NCBI GenBank assembly: GCA_002687175.1
Contig: NYZP01000019.1
Location: 14,629 to 78,628, forward strand
DNA: 64,000 nucleotides
Source of the DNA: Parcubacteria group bacterium
GTDB taxonomy: Bacteria; Patescibacteriota; Patescibacteriia; Buchananbacterales; UBA6539
Direction: 5' to 3'
Shown here: one piece after another, positions 16,994-27,588 of the stretch
Position numbering within the stretch: position 1 is the first letter of the stretch
Layout: every line of letters starts with the position of its first letter
Program-made: the position numbers and the translations under genes
Notes under the pieces: model-generated
Database searches by the model: none
Told to the model about the DNA's origin: nothing
Seen by the model: only the letters and a program-made list of their open reading frames with translations

Positions 16994-17631
16994 ATTATTT
17001 TAAACGAGTTACTGAACTTTTGACCTTTCTGTAACGAATACTCAGTATACTTGATAGTAACCGGAACTTCTCTGAAACGCAGCTGATGTTTTTTTATTTG
17101 TTCAATAATTTCCGAAGCATGCGCCATACCATCTTGTTTAATCTCAATTTTTTCTGCTGCCAAACGTGATAAGGCCCTAAAACCATTATGGGTATCAGTA
17201 ATTGATAATCCGGTATAGATTTTAGTAAAGTAAGTAGCTAATTTTAAGAGAATTTTTCTTGAAATTGGAATTTTACTTTTAGTGTTCAAAAATCTTGAGC
17301 CCAAAACAACATCCTCTTCACCAAGTAGTAGTGGTTTAATAACATTTTCAATATCATCCACTTGATGTTGACCATCAGCATCAAAAGTTACAATAATATC
17401 AGCCCCGGATTTTAAGGCAAAATTAATACCAGTTTGCAGTGCTGCACCCTGGCCTCGATTAATAAAATGTTGTACAACTTGAGCCCCAGCTAAACTGGCA
17501 ACTTCACCAGTCTTGTCGGTAGATCCATCATCAACCACAATTATTTTTGTCACCTTTCCTTTTAGATCAGTGACCACTTGGTTGATTACTTTAGCCTCAT
17601 TGTAAGCCGGCACAACTACTTGAATTTCCAT
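16960..17631 (-). CDS. GT2 polyprenyl-phosphate sugar synthase (DPM1/GtrB/ArnC-like)
   Basis: MEIQVVVPAYNEAKVINQVV...VVDDGSTDKT... This is the DPM1-like family that makes Und-P/Dol-P-linked monosaccharides. Confidence 0.75.
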   Translation of the reverse strand: MEIQVVVPAYNEAKVINQVVTDLKGKVTKIIVVDDGSTDKTGEVASLAGAQVVQHFINRGQGAALQTGINFALKSGADIIVTFDADGQHQVDDIENVIKPLLLGEEDVVLGSRFLNTKSKIPISRKILLKLATYFTKIYTGLSITDTHNGFRALSRLAAEKIEIKQDGMAHASEIIEQIKKHQLRFREVPVTIKYTEYSLQKGQKFSNSFKIIWDLILGRISR

Positions 17632-17643
17632 ATCTAGTTTTTA

Positions 17644-18672
17644 TTACTTTCTCAGTTTACTGGTAGGTCGTAAAATTGATTTATGAGCTTTAAAATAATC
17701 GATCGCGCCTTTTATCCCCTCTTCGAGCAGTACGACTGGAAACCAACTTAATCTTTCTTTGGCTAAAGTAATATCTGGTAGTCCTAAAGGAGACATAAAA
17801 AGTAAAGGCTTTTGAAAAACTACTTTTGATTTGGAGTCAGTTAGTTTAATAACTTTTTTAGCAACATCAGAAATTTTATAATCTAAATCACTGCCTAAAT
17901 TGACAGGACCTGACTCACCACTTCTCATCATTTTCATAAGTCCTTGTACTATATCGGATACATGACATAAAGAGGTTGAAAAACTATTATCGCCGTAAAT
18001 AGCAAGATCCTTGTTGTCTAAAGCATTAAATACAAAATCAGGAAGCATTCTACCTGTTTTCAGTTTCATTCTAGGACCATAGGTTCTAAATATTCTCACA
18101 ATTTTGGTATTTAGATTATATGATTGCCCGTAAGTATAGGTCATAGTTTCAGCAAACCTTTTTCCTTCATCATAACAAGAACGAGGATTTAAGTGATCCA
18201 TTGCTCCTTGATAATCCTCCTTGAAGTGAGGTTTTTTAATATCGCGTGGACCATAAACTACTGCCGAGGAGGTTAACAAAAATTTAGCTTTATATTTTAC
18301 GGCTAAATCTAAAATATTTCTCACGCCAACGGAATTTGCTAACACTGTTGCAATTTGAGTTTTTTTAAAGTCTTTTGGTGAAGTTGGGCAGGCCAAATGA
18401 TAGATTTCCTGAATACCTTGAAATTTAACTTGAAATTTTTCCAATTCTCTTAGGCTCTCTAAGTCAATTGGTTCATTTACATCATGTTTAATAAATTGAA
18501 AATCAGAATTCTGTAATAGATGATCAATGTTAGCCTCATCACCAGAAACAAAATTATCAATACAAATTACTTTATTTTTTTTAACTAGCTCATCACAAAG
18601 ATAAGAGCCAATAAAACCAGCTCCTCCAGTAACTAATATATTCTTTTTTTCAAAAATTGCTTTTGTTGCCAT
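17644..18672 (-). CDS. UDP-glucuronate decarboxylase (UDP-xylose synthase, UXS)-like SDR
   Basis: ILVTGGAGFIGSYLCDELV Rossmann motif. Strongly UXS-like block YDEGKRFAETMTYTYGQSYNLNTKIVRIFRTYGPRM (UXS: YDEGKRVAE...RIFNTFGPRM). Confidence 0.65.
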   Translation of the reverse strand: MATKAIFEKKNILVTGGAGFIGSYLCDELVKKNKVICIDNFVSGDEANIDHLLQNSDFQFIKHDVNEPIDLESLRELEKFQVKFQGIQEIYHLACPTSPKDFKKTQIATVLANSVGVRNILDLAVKYKAKFLLTSSAVVYGPRDIKKPHFKEDYQGAMDHLNPRSCYDEGKRFAETMTYTYGQSYNLNTKIVRIFRTYGPRMKLKTGRMLPDFVFNALDNKDLAIYGDNSFSTSLCHVSDIVQGLMKMMRSGESGPVNLGSDLDYKISDVAKKVIKLTDSKSKVVFQKPLLFMSPLGLPDITLAKERLSWFPVVLLEEGIKGAIDYFKAHKSILRPTSKLRK

Positions 18673-18707
18673 ATAAATTTATTCTACACATTTAGTATAA
18701 CTAAAAA

Positions 18708-19166
18708 CTATTCTAAAGGCAATTTGGTCATTATTTGATTATTTTTAAAAGTCCAAAACCGGTTAAAGCTAAAATTCCAAACGGTAACTAGGGCCGTTGC
18801 GAAAACCCAGGACAATAACCAATGCAGATTAACAAATTCGGTTAAACTATAAATGATACCAGTGTTAATTGTTAATCCAGAGACCATAACAACGGAAAAT
18901 TTTATTAATTGATTTAATACTTCTCTACCCTTTTCGATATTTCTAAAAGTCCAAAATTTATTAGCCCCGAAATTAAAAATGGCCGAGATCAAAAAAGCCC
19001 AAATGGCTGAATTAATATACCAAAATCCTAACCATTGAGTTGCTGAATAATAAATTAAAAAATTAATGACAGCAGAGGTTCCGCCAACAATACAAAATTT
19101 AACCACCTGTTTAAAAAATGGATACTTACGAATATGTTCAATAATTACTTTGGTTTGATACCTCAT
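18708..19166 (-). CDS. GtrA-family membrane protein (polyprenyl-phosphate sugar translocation/accessory)
   Basis: 152 aa with 4 predicted TM helices. It has the GtrA signature blocks KFCIVGGTSAVINFLIYY and NFGANKFWTFRN / NFSFNRFWTFKN. Confidence 0.7.
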   Translation of the reverse strand: MRYQTKVIIEHIRKYPFFKQVVKFCIVGGTSAVINFLIYYSATQWLGFWYINSAIWAFLISAIFNFGANKFWTFRNIEKGREVLNQLIKFSVVMVSGLTINTGIIYSLTEFVNLHWLLSWVFATALVTVWNFSFNRFWTFKNNQIMTKLPLE

Positions 19167-19172
19167 AAAAAA

Positions 19173-21428
19173 TTAATAGCTAATTACTTCGGGACGAACC
19201 CCACCTTTATAGTTTTGCAGATGAGTAACCAAATCAAATAACATTTTACCATTCAAATCAAAAACTTTAACTTCCGAGCTTCCGCCAACACCCATGCCAG
19301 TAACTATTTCATCAATGCCATCATTATCAATGTCATCAGCTGAAACATACACACCATCTAAAAAATTTGGTTCATAGGCAAAGAAGCTGGATAATTGCTC
19401 TCCTCGATGAGAAAACACCCTAACCGTTGGGACTGAATCTTTTTCAATGCTAGCAATGACTTCCGAACCACCATCACCCAATAAATCACCAACCGCAACG
19501 TTAACACCACCTTTGAAATTTTTATTATAAGCAAAAAATTGCGAGATCAAACTACCATCAAAGTTAAAAATTCTAACATGGGGTCCCCCGCCAGCACCAG
19601 CTCCACTAACAATATCATCAACTCCATCACCATTAACATCACCAGTAGCAACGTTAACACCTCCAGTAAAATTTTCTTGATAAGCCATGAATTCTGAAAA
19701 TAAATTTCCTTTAAAATCAAAAATTCTGACTTGTGGTAAACCGCCCTTACCAATTCCGGTGATAATTTCATCGACACCATCGCCATCAACATCACCTACT
19801 GAAACAGGAATTCCACCTCTAAAGCTTTTATCATAGACAAAAAATTGTGACAACACTTGCCCTTCAATATTAAATATACGAATATGCGGCCCACCGCCAA
19901 GTCCAGCACCAGTAATAATTTCATCTAAGCCATCACCGTTCACGTCACCAACCGCCACATTAATTGGACCTGAAAAAAGTGGATCGTAAGCATAAAATGT
20001 TTTAAACTCAGAACCATCAGTTCTTAATATTTTTATTTGGGGCAATGAGCCAAAACCTAGGCCAGCAACAATATAATTATTCTGACCACCTTTAGACTGT
20101 GGTAACTTGGTTCCTAAAGCAAGTTCCAAGGCCTTACCACCATCAATCAACCCAGAACCAAGTTTAGTTAAATAAGCCGGATTATGTGAAGATATATCTT
20201 TAGCAGTTTCTAATATAAAATCTCTAATTTCGTCGGCACTAAAGCCAGGCCTTAAACCTTTAATAGTCGCTAAAACACCACTAACCATCGGTGCCGACAA
20301 AGAAGTACCAGACCAATACCCGTCGTAATACTTGGTAAAACCACTGACACCTTCTTCGTAAACTTGCGCCGCATAAATATTTTCTCCTGGAGCCACAATA
20401 TCAATACAATCACCATAGTTTGAAAAACTTGATTTAGCTAAATTTGATCCGACTGAAGCTACACCAATGAGTATATTTTCAGAATCATCATAACAAACTG
20501 GATAAGATTTATTAAAATCTAAATTAATGCCATTAGCCTGAGGGTCAGTATTACCAGCAGCGGCAACTACTAGAATATCATTATCAAATGCTTTTCTAAC
20601 AGTAGCCAAGAAAAAATTATTAAAACCTGAACCAACAAAACTCATATTGATAACATCAGCACCATTATCAATCGCATAGTCAATAGCTTGCACGACGGAA
20701 AACACATCACCAGAGCCGTTGCTATCTAATACTCTAAGAGGCATCACTTTACTAAACCAGCTACTACCGGCAATGCCTTTAACGTTATGAACACTGGCCG
20801 CAGCCACCCCAGCAACGATAGTACCATGTTTCACGGCGTCTGCATTGTAACCATCACTAAACGATGGGTTAGGGTCAGCGTCACTATCGATAAAATCCCA
20901 ACCATTAATGTCATCGATATAGCCATTATTATCATTATCAATATTGTCGCCAGCAATCTCACTATTGTTGACCCAAATCTTATCAACTAAATCTGGGTGA
21001 TCTAAGTCAACCCCAGTGTCTAAGATGGCAATAGTCGGCTGGTAAGTTATTGTTTCTTGTTGACGAATTAATAAATCCTGAGACCACATATTTCTGGCAT
21101 TTATTTCCGATAGGTACCACTGTAAGGTATAGTCAGGATCATTTGGAAAGGCTGTTATAGTAAACAAGTAATTTGGTTCAATAAACTCTACCGTGGGATT
21201 ATCTTGATAACTGTTAATAATTTCCAATACGTCTTCTTGGTCTGAAAATTGAAATTTATATATTTCCGGATCATTTTTAAATTTAATTAAAAATTCACCA
21301 GACCTAAACTCCAGAATGTCTTCCTCATTTTCATAGGCAAACACTGGAAAATAAAAAAATAATCCGGAACCGATGGATACCAGAGTCAAAAAAAATATAA
21401 ATAAAAATGTTAGTTTAATCCTTAACAT
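19173..21428 (-). CDS. secreted S8 subtilisin-like serine peptidase fused to C-terminal FG-GAP/VCBS-like repeat beta-propeller
   Basis: Signal peptide. Catalytic triad blocks D (ILDTGVDLDHPDL), H (HGTIVAGVAAA) and S (GTSLSAPMVSGV). These are followed by at least 6 tandem ~50 aa repeats of the type GDVNGDG(L/V)DEIITGAG-GGGP-IRIF. Confidence 0.8.
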   Translation of the reverse strand: MLRIKLTFLFIFFLTLVSIGSGLFFYFPVFAYENEEDILEFRSGEFLIKFKNDPEIYKFQFSDQEDVLEIINSYQDNPTVEFIEPNYLFTITAFPNDPDYTLQWYLSEINARNMWSQDLLIRQQETITYQPTIAILDTGVDLDHPDLVDKIWVNNSEIAGDNIDNDNNGYIDDINGWDFIDSDADPNPSFSDGYNADAVKHGTIVAGVAAASVHNVKGIAGSSWFSKVMPLRVLDSNGSGDVFSVVQAIDYAIDNGADVINMSFVGSGFNNFFLATVRKAFDNDILVVAAAGNTDPQANGINLDFNKSYPVCYDDSENILIGVASVGSNLAKSSFSNYGDCIDIVAPGENIYAAQVYEEGVSGFTKYYDGYWSGTSLSAPMVSGVLATIKGLRPGFSADEIRDFILETAKDISSHNPAYLTKLGSGLIDGGKALELALGTKLPQSKGGQNNYIVAGLGFGSLPQIKILRTDGSEFKTFYAYDPLFSGPINVAVGDVNGDGLDEIITGAGLGGGPHIRIFNIEGQVLSQFFVYDKSFRGGIPVSVGDVDGDGVDEIITGIGKGGLPQVRIFDFKGNLFSEFMAYQENFTGGVNVATGDVNGDGVDDIVSGAGAGGGPHVRIFNFDGSLISQFFAYNKNFKGGVNVAVGDLLGDGGSEVIASIEKDSVPTVRVFSHRGEQLSSFFAYEPNFLDGVYVSADDIDNDGIDEIVTGMGVGGSSEVKVFDLNGKMLFDLVTHLQNYKGGVRPEVISY

Positions 21429-21439
21429 GTAGACAAAAA

Positions 21440-23938
21440 CTATTGTTCTAATAACTCGCCCTTATTTAAAAGATCCAAAAATGTTTCGGCTTCAGTTGCA
21501 AAATTAGGATCTAGATCAATTGCCATTTGGGTTATCTCTCTAGCTTTTTGATTTTGACCAACCTTGGCATAAATAGCAGCCAATTTTGCGTAATTCTCGG
21601 GGCTAACTTCTAACTCTGAAATTATTTCTTGAAATTCAATCATCTTGGTAAAATCATTGACCCGATTATATAGATCAAAAACTCTTTGATAATCACTAAC
21701 TGTTGGCTCCCACTCAAAATTTTCAAGCATATAAGTAAATCTCCGTTCAGCTAAATCTGTCTTTCCAAAAACTATATAAATTGTAAGTAAGTTCCATTGA
21801 TCAGCAATGACTTCTGGTGCAAGTTCAGCGCCTTTACTAAAAAATTCTTCGGCTTTTTCATAATTATTTAAAAAGGCATAAGCTTGGGCAATTTCATAAT
21901 AAATATGAGGACGAGTCGGTGAAAGTTCTATCGCTTCAGTCAATATATCAATGACTTGTTGAGAATGGCCTCGATCATACCTAGTAGTAGCATTTAAAAA
22001 AGTTGTTAAAAATAAATATTGCCTTATATTTTTTGAATCTTCAGCCACACTTTCTTTGATTTCGTCAATTGTGAAATCTACCAATTCCCTAGCCTTCGAG
22101 TCAGGCAAATTTTGTTGATTCCTAAGTACCCCATTAACAAAGTTAGCTAATTGTTGTCTGGCTTCATATTTGGTAACTACCGACAGGTCTATAGCTTTTT
22201 CAAAATGTTCCATCGAGTCTAAAAAAGTTTGATCAGATCTTTGGCTCACCAAGGCTTTAAAAATATAATTGTTAGCCTTTAGAGTTTTAATATTAATCGC
22301 CAGCGATCCAATTAAAACTACCAGAATCGTAGCCAAAAAGATATAAGCCGTAAGATCTAATTTATAGCCTTGAATATTATTCTCATCATCTTCGCTAGAA
22401 TTATTATTATTTATACTAAAAGCAACAAAAGCTAAAAATAGAAAAAACGGAATTTCGGTATTTAAAGTATCAAACACAAAAAAGTTCTGCATAAAATATG
22501 CAATGATCAAAGAAACTAACAGCCAACTATAACTAACTGATTTTGTTTTTTTATAATTATTTATTAATGCCAAAGATGCCAAAATTAATATGGCAAAATA
22601 AAGGAGCAATCCTAAAACACCAGTGGTAACAGCAACATCAAAAAAGATATTGTGAGCACGGTCAAACCAAATTCTCGAACCCTCATCCTTATATATTTCG
22701 TTTGGAAAATATTTATTAAAGGCGTAATAATAATTTTCGGGACCATAGCCAATTAAAAATGATTTTGGAGACTCAGTCCAGCCTTTCCAACTTGCTTCCC
22801 AGGTTAATAAACGAGATTCGGTAGTTAGGTCAGTTAACGAAATAGTGGCTAAACGTCTCAAAGTATTGTTCCCTTTAACCAATGCCGTATCTTTACTGGC
22901 CACCAAAACTAGAGGCGAAATTAATATCAAAATTAACAGAACTAGACTTACTATTTTAATCTTTTTATTAATTTTTAAAAATAGACTGACCAAAGCTAAA
23001 AACCCAATACCAGAAGCAAAACCAATAATCGCTCCACGAGTCTGAGTTTGATAAAAAATAAAAAATTCAAAAATAAATATTACCGAAAGTAAAACCCTAA
23101 TAACATGTGTTTTTTGCCGAAAAAACCAAACAGTAAATATAAAAACTTGGGATATTAAAAATGGCCAAAGAAATCTGGGAAATTTAAATGCTTCAATTAG
23201 CATTGGGGTTTTAAAAAATTCAAACAATCCCCAATTTGCACTACTAAATAACTTAAAGAAAATTGAGGAAATAATTAAAAAACCGTCAAACACGGCAAAA
23301 CTTAAAACAAAAAGTTTTAGATCAAATCTTCTTTCTTTAGCCCAAAAATAAAGAATAAAAAATAAATTAAGAACCAAAAAAGCTGCAAAAAAAGTTGGAT
23401 TACCAACTGTACCCGATAATCTACTACCACCTGATGATTGTAAAAGAAAAGTAACGTTGAGCCATTGAGCTAATGCGAGAAAACTCATAACAACGCTACC
23501 AAAAATTGAGAAAGTAAAAAATGAATGCCAATCCTTCTTTTCTTTAAAGGTACTGACTAAAATAAAAAAGTATAAAAGTATATGAAGGAAATGAAAAATT
23601 CCACCCATTCTTTCATAATTTCCCCAAAAGCTTCGATTAAAATTGATGCCAAGAATACCAGCCAAGGAGAATGCTCCAAAAAATGCCAAGACCGTCAAAG
23701 TTAATTTATTAAATTTCGGTCTGAACCTTGGCTCAAAATAAGCTAATATTAAATAAGCTGTGAAAATTAATTCAACAGCAACTCTAAATAAAACATTTTT
23801 CGGAACAATAAAAGGAAAGAAAAACTTACTGTTCATGACTAATGGTAAAAATAAAATAAAAAGAACACCAGCTTTTATAAATTTTTCTAAGTAAAATAAA
23901 ACTTTATCTTTATTAAGCATAATAAAAAGAAACCTCAA
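21440..23938 (-). CDS. O-antigen ligase/Wzy-like polytopic membrane protein fused to C-terminal TPR repeats
   Basis: 832 aa. The N-terminal ~520 aa has >10 predicted TM helices with a large periplasmic loop. The C-terminal ~300 aa are helical TPR-like repeats (YYEIAQAYAFLNNYEKAEEFFSKGAEL...). Confidence 0.65.
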   Translation of the reverse strand: MRFLFIMLNKDKVLFYLEKFIKAGVLFILFLPLVMNSKFFFPFIVPKNVLFRVAVELIFTAYLILAYFEPRFRPKFNKLTLTVLAFFGAFSLAGILGINFNRSFWGNYERMGGIFHFLHILLYFFILVSTFKEKKDWHSFFTFSIFGSVVMSFLALAQWLNVTFLLQSSGGSRLSGTVGNPTFFAAFLVLNLFFILYFWAKERRFDLKLFVLSFAVFDGFLIISSIFFKLFSSANWGLFEFFKTPMLIEAFKFPRFLWPFLISQVFIFTVWFFRQKTHVIRVLLSVIFIFEFFIFYQTQTRGAIIGFASGIGFLALVSLFLKINKKIKIVSLVLLILILISPLVLVASKDTALVKGNNTLRRLATISLTDLTTESRLLTWEASWKGWTESPKSFLIGYGPENYYYAFNKYFPNEIYKDEGSRIWFDRAHNIFFDVAVTTGVLGLLLYFAILILASLALINNYKKTKSVSYSWLLVSLIIAYFMQNFFVFDTLNTEIPFFLFLAFVAFSINNNNSSEDDENNIQGYKLDLTAYIFLATILVVLIGSLAINIKTLKANNYIFKALVSQRSDQTFLDSMEHFEKAIDLSVVTKYEARQQLANFVNGVLRNQQNLPDSKARELVDFTIDEIKESVAEDSKNIRQYLFLTTFLNATTRYDRGHSQQVIDILTEAIELSPTRPHIYYEIAQAYAFLNNYEKAEEFFSKGAELAPEVIADQWNLLTIYIVFGKTDLAERRFTYMLENFEWEPTVSDYQRVFDLYNRVNDFTKMIEFQEIISELEVSPENYAKLAAIYAKVGQNQKAREITQMAIDLDPNFATEAETFLDLLNKGELLEQ

Positions 23939-24023
23939 TGAATTAAGAAGAAGCTAAATAAAAGTGTATTAATTTTACCAATTAAATGATAAATTATCAA
24001 ATAATAAAAAAGTTAATTCAAGA

Positions 24024-24052
24024 TTGACGAAAATAGCTAAATATCGTATAAT
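24024..24052 (+). promoter_or_regulatory. near-consensus sigma70 promoter for the plus-strand operon starting at 24088
   Basis: TTGACG (24024-24029), 17 bp spacer, TATAAT (24047-24052). It lies in the divergent gap between the O-antigen-ligase gene and the PGT gene. Confidence 0.6.
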
Positions 24053-24087
24053 CTATTATAATCAATATTTTAGTTTGTAACTCCTAA

Positions 24088-25482
24088 ATGTCAAATAATT
24101 CAGTTATTAGTTTTAAAAAATATATACTTATTTTTGGGGATATAGCTATCCTCTATTTTTCTCTTTGGCTTACTTTAATTATCCGTTATCAAGCAGATTA
24201 CAACACGGGTTTGTGGCTTAAACATTTTTGGCCATTTACGATGGTCTTTGCTGTCTGGTTAATTATTTTTTATATTGATGATCTTTATGAAATTAACTAC
24301 AACCAAGGTAAAGCCGGACTATTGAGTAGGTTATTAAGAAGTATGCTGATTGGTATTATTTTTGCCATCATTATATTTTATCTTGGTCAAAATAGACTAT
24401 TTACCATTAGACCTCAAAGAGTATTGTTTATCGATGCCGCGTTTGTCACCATCCTAATTTATCTTTGGCATTTACTTATTAGATCATTAATAAAAATTTC
24501 TGGGCGAGCAAATGGTTTAATGATCATTGGTTATAATAAATTAGCTCAAGAGGTTATAACTGAAATTAATAAAAAATCACAATTTGGACTTCAATTAAAA
24601 ACAATTATATTGGATTCAGAAAACGATGAGGTGCCAGAAAAACTCAAAGCCATAACTAAATATAATCAGTTTGATAATCTAAAAAATATTTGTATCGATC
24701 AAAAAATAAATACTATAATTTCTACTGTTCATCCACGAGAAAATACCAAGTTATCTAAGAGTCTCTTTGAATGTTTACCCCTTAAAATTAATTTTTTTGA
24801 AGTTGCCACTTTTTATGAAAAAATTACTGGTAAAATACCAGTCACCACTATAGAACAAATTTGGTTTTTGGAAAATTTATCGGAGAATAGCAAAAAACCT
24901 TATGAAAGCTTGAAATTACTTTTTGACATATTCTTTTCTTTTATTCTTCTACTGTTTTCCTTACCTTTTATACCCTTAATCGCCCTGATTATAAAATTAG
25001 ACAGCAAAGGACCAGTATTTTTTACACAAATTAGAACCGGAAAAGACGGAAAAACATTCAAGGCTATTAAATTTAGAACCATGGTAGAAAATGCTGAGCA
25101 TAATGGTCCACAGTGGGCCAGTCAAAATGATCCACGAGTTACTAGCTGGGGAAGATTTTTAAGAAAAACCAGAATTGATGAGATTCCTCAACTGATCAAT
25201 GTACTGTGGGGAGAGATGAGCTTAATTGGACCACGTCCAGAACGTCCAGAATTTGTTCAACAATTAGAAACTGATATTCCATTTTACCGGGAGAGACTTC
25301 TGCTAAAACCAGGGCTGACAGGGTGGGCTCAGATTATGGGTCCGTCATACGGTGGATCGAAAGAAGAAAGTTTGGAAAAACTTCAATACGACTTGTTCTA
25401 CCTAAAAAATCGCTCACTGGCATTAGATTTAAGCATTTTACTAAAAACAGTTAGAACTGTTCTTAGTGTAAAAGGACAATAA
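24088..25482 (+). CDS. initiating polyprenyl-phosphate hexose-1-phosphate transferase (WbaP/EpsL-type bacterial sugar transferase)
   Basis: N-terminal TM helices, a central Rossmann-like region and the C-terminal bacterial sugar transferase domain, with blocks SLIGPRPERPEF, GLTGWAQI and FYL. Confidence 0.8.
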   Translation: MSNNSVISFKKYILIFGDIAILYFSLWLTLIIRYQADYNTGLWLKHFWPFTMVFAVWLIIFYIDDLYEINYNQGKAGLLSRLLRSMLIGIIFAIIIFYLGQNRLFTIRPQRVLFIDAAFVTILIYLWHLLIRSLIKISGRANGLMIIGYNKLAQEVITEINKKSQFGLQLKTIILDSENDEVPEKLKAITKYNQFDNLKNICIDQKINTIISTVHPRENTKLSKSLFECLPLKINFFEVATFYEKITGKIPVTTIEQIWFLENLSENSKKPYESLKLLFDIFFSFILLLFSLPFIPLIALIIKLDSKGPVFFTQIRTGKDGKTFKAIKFRTMVENAEHNGPQWASQNDPRVTSWGRFLRKTRIDEIPQLINVLWGEMSLIGPRPERPEFVQQLETDIPFYRERLLLKPGLTGWAQIMGPSYGGSKEESLEKLQYDLFYLKNRSLALDLSILLKTVRTVLSVKGQ

Positions 25483-25483
25483 A

Positions 25484-26464
25484 ATGACCACCGATGCCAA
25501 ACAAAAAATATTGATTCTTGGTGGAGCTGGATTTATTGGATCAAGAATTGCAAAAAAACTGGTTGACCTTGGACACCAAGTTATTGTCTATGACAAGTTT
25601 TATAATTTTATTGAACCAGAAAAAAGTAAATATGTTTTTTATCTTCAGAAACGTCTAAAAAACTTTTCCCCTGATGTAAAAATTATTTATGGTGATATCA
25701 GAGATGACGTGTCTTTGACAAAGACTTTAAATGAACATCGGCCAGATATTATTATTCACTTAGCCCAAATTCCTCTAGCCAATGTTTCCAATAAAATTTC
25801 GGGGGAAGCTCTAGATATTAATGTTAACGGAACAATTTCTTTAATTAAAGCAATTGGCTCAGTTGATTTTGTTAAACGATTGGTTTACGCCTCTTCAAGT
25901 TTTGTTTATGGTCATTTTCAATACGCTCCGGCTGACGAAAAACACCCGACTAACCCGATTGATGTTTATGGCGGGACAAAACTGGCCTGTGAAAATATAA
26001 TAAAAGGTTTTGGTACTCGTTTTGGAATTGATTATACAATTATCAGACCTTCCGCTGTTTATGGACCAACTGACGTTAACCTAAGAGTCAGCCAAATATT
26101 TGTTGATAATGCTTTTGCTGATAAAGAATTAATTTTAGATGGCGGTGGCCAAACTACCCTAGATTTTACTTACGTTGATGACATAGCCCAGGGTTTTGTT
26201 TTAGCAGCTTTATCAACTGAAGCAAAGAATGAGATATTTAATATCACTCGTGGTGAAGGTAGAAGTTTAAAAAATCTGGTCGATATTTTAAAAACACATT
26301 TTCCAGACTTAAAAACCGAAATTAAACCAGCGGACGAAACAAGACCCAAAAGAGGTGCCCTGGACATTTCCAAGGCAAAAAAAATTCTTGGCTATCAGCC
26401 TAAATATTCTCTTGAAGAGGGAATAAAAGAATATATTGAATACATTAAATCAGTAAAAAAATAA
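25484..26464 (+). CDS. NAD-dependent nucleotide-sugar epimerase/dehydratase (SDR)
   Basis: ILILGGAGFIGSRIAKKL Rossmann motif, a YxxxK-type region (YGGTKLACE), ~326 aa. Confidence 0.75.
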   Translation: MTTDAKQKILILGGAGFIGSRIAKKLVDLGHQVIVYDKFYNFIEPEKSKYVFYLQKRLKNFSPDVKIIYGDIRDDVSLTKTLNEHRPDIIIHLAQIPLANVSNKISGEALDINVNGTISLIKAIGSVDFVKRLVYASSSFVYGHFQYAPADEKHPTNPIDVYGGTKLACENIIKGFGTRFGIDYTIIRPSAVYGPTDVNLRVSQIFVDNAFADKELILDGGGQTTLDFTYVDDIAQGFVLAALSTEAKNEIFNITRGEGRSLKNLVDILKTHFPDLKTEIKPADETRPKRGALDISKAKKILGYQPKYSLEEGIKEYIEYIKSVKK

Positions 26465-26466
26465 AA

Positions 26467-27585
26467 ATGAAAATATCTTTATCAAAACCAGCTATTAGTA
26501 ACGCTGAACTTAAAGCTGCCCAATCAGTTCTCAAGAGTGGCTGGTTAACCGATGGCCCAAAGAATGAGCAGTTTGAACATTCCTTTGCTAAATACGTTGG
26601 GACTAAACATGCTCAAACAATTAATTCTTGTGCTTCGGCACTTTTTATTGTTTTAAAAGCTTTAAACATTAAAGGTGAAGTTATTATCCCCAGTTTTACT
26701 TTTGTTGCTACAGCCAATGCAGTTATGGCTGCTGGTGCTAAACCAGTTTTTGCTGATATTGATTTTGAGTCAGGTAACGTCACGGCTGATACTATTAAAC
26801 CACTAATTACTTCAAGAACAGAAGCGATTATGCCAGTTCATTTTGCTGGTCAAAGTTGTCAAATGGATCCAATTATAAAACTGTGTCGAAAACACAAATT
26901 AGTATTAATTGAAGATTCAGCTGAAGCTATCGGCAGTACCTACAAAAATAAAAAAACTGGCTCATTTGGTATTGGCTGCTTCTCTTTTTTCCCCACAAAA
27001 AATATTACTACTGGAGAAGGTGGAATGATAACAACTAACGATAAAAATCTGAAGCAAACTATAAAAACCATGATTTCCCATGGTATTGCAAAAAATACAA
27101 AAACAAGGTATAATTGGCAAAGAGAGGCGGTAGTAGCAGGCTTTAATTTACGTATGAGTAACGTTCTAGCAGCGATTGGATTAGAACAGCTAAAAAAACT
27201 CAATAAGCTCAATAATTTGCGTCGCCAGCACGCAAGATATCTGACAGCTGGATTAGATAAACAAATAGTTATCCCCCCTTCTGCTAAACAATTCTGTAAG
27301 CATGTTTATCAAATGTATACCGTAAAAGTAGATCCTAAAATTAGAAATAGATTAGTTGAAAAACTAAAGAAAGTAGGTATTGGGGCATCAGTTCACTTTT
27401 CACCGCCAGTTCATCAGCAAAAATTCTACAAAAAGTTTGCTCATCAAAATTTGAAAAATACTGACAAACTGGCAAATTCTATATTAACTCTTCCGATGTA
27501 CCCTGATTTAAAAATAAAAGAGTTAGATTATATTATCAATCAAACAAACAGATTAACTCATAAATTGTTGGAGGACAGAACTTAA
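26467..27585 (+). CDS. DegT/DnrJ/EryC1/StrS-family PLP-dependent sugar aminotransferase
   Basis: SGWLTDGPKNEQFEHSFAKYVGTKHAQTINSCASALFIV, and the SFFPTKNITTGEGG block with the PLP-binding Lys (FFPTK). Confidence 0.8.
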   Translation: MKISLSKPAISNAELKAAQSVLKSGWLTDGPKNEQFEHSFAKYVGTKHAQTINSCASALFIVLKALNIKGEVIIPSFTFVATANAVMAAGAKPVFADIDFESGNVTADTIKPLITSRTEAIMPVHFAGQSCQMDPIIKLCRKHKLVLIEDSAEAIGSTYKNKKTGSFGIGCFSFFPTKNITTGEGGMITTNDKNLKQTIKTMISHGIAKNTKTRYNWQREAVVAGFNLRMSNVLAAIGLEQLKKLNKLNNLRRQHARYLTAGLDKQIVIPPSAKQFCKHVYQMYTVKVDPKIRNRLVEKLKKVGIGASVHFSPPVHQQKFYKKFAHQNLKNTDKLANSILTLPMYPDLKIKELDYIINQTNRLTHKLLEDRT

Positions 27586-27588
27586 ACC

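Noticed and set aside
19547-20990. ORFs 19547-19795 (-, alternate frame) and 20787-20990 (+) inside the S8-protease gene
   Set aside because: The repeat-rich FG-GAP region creates long alternate-frame ORFs with low-complexity (M/L/V-rich) translations. No independent support.
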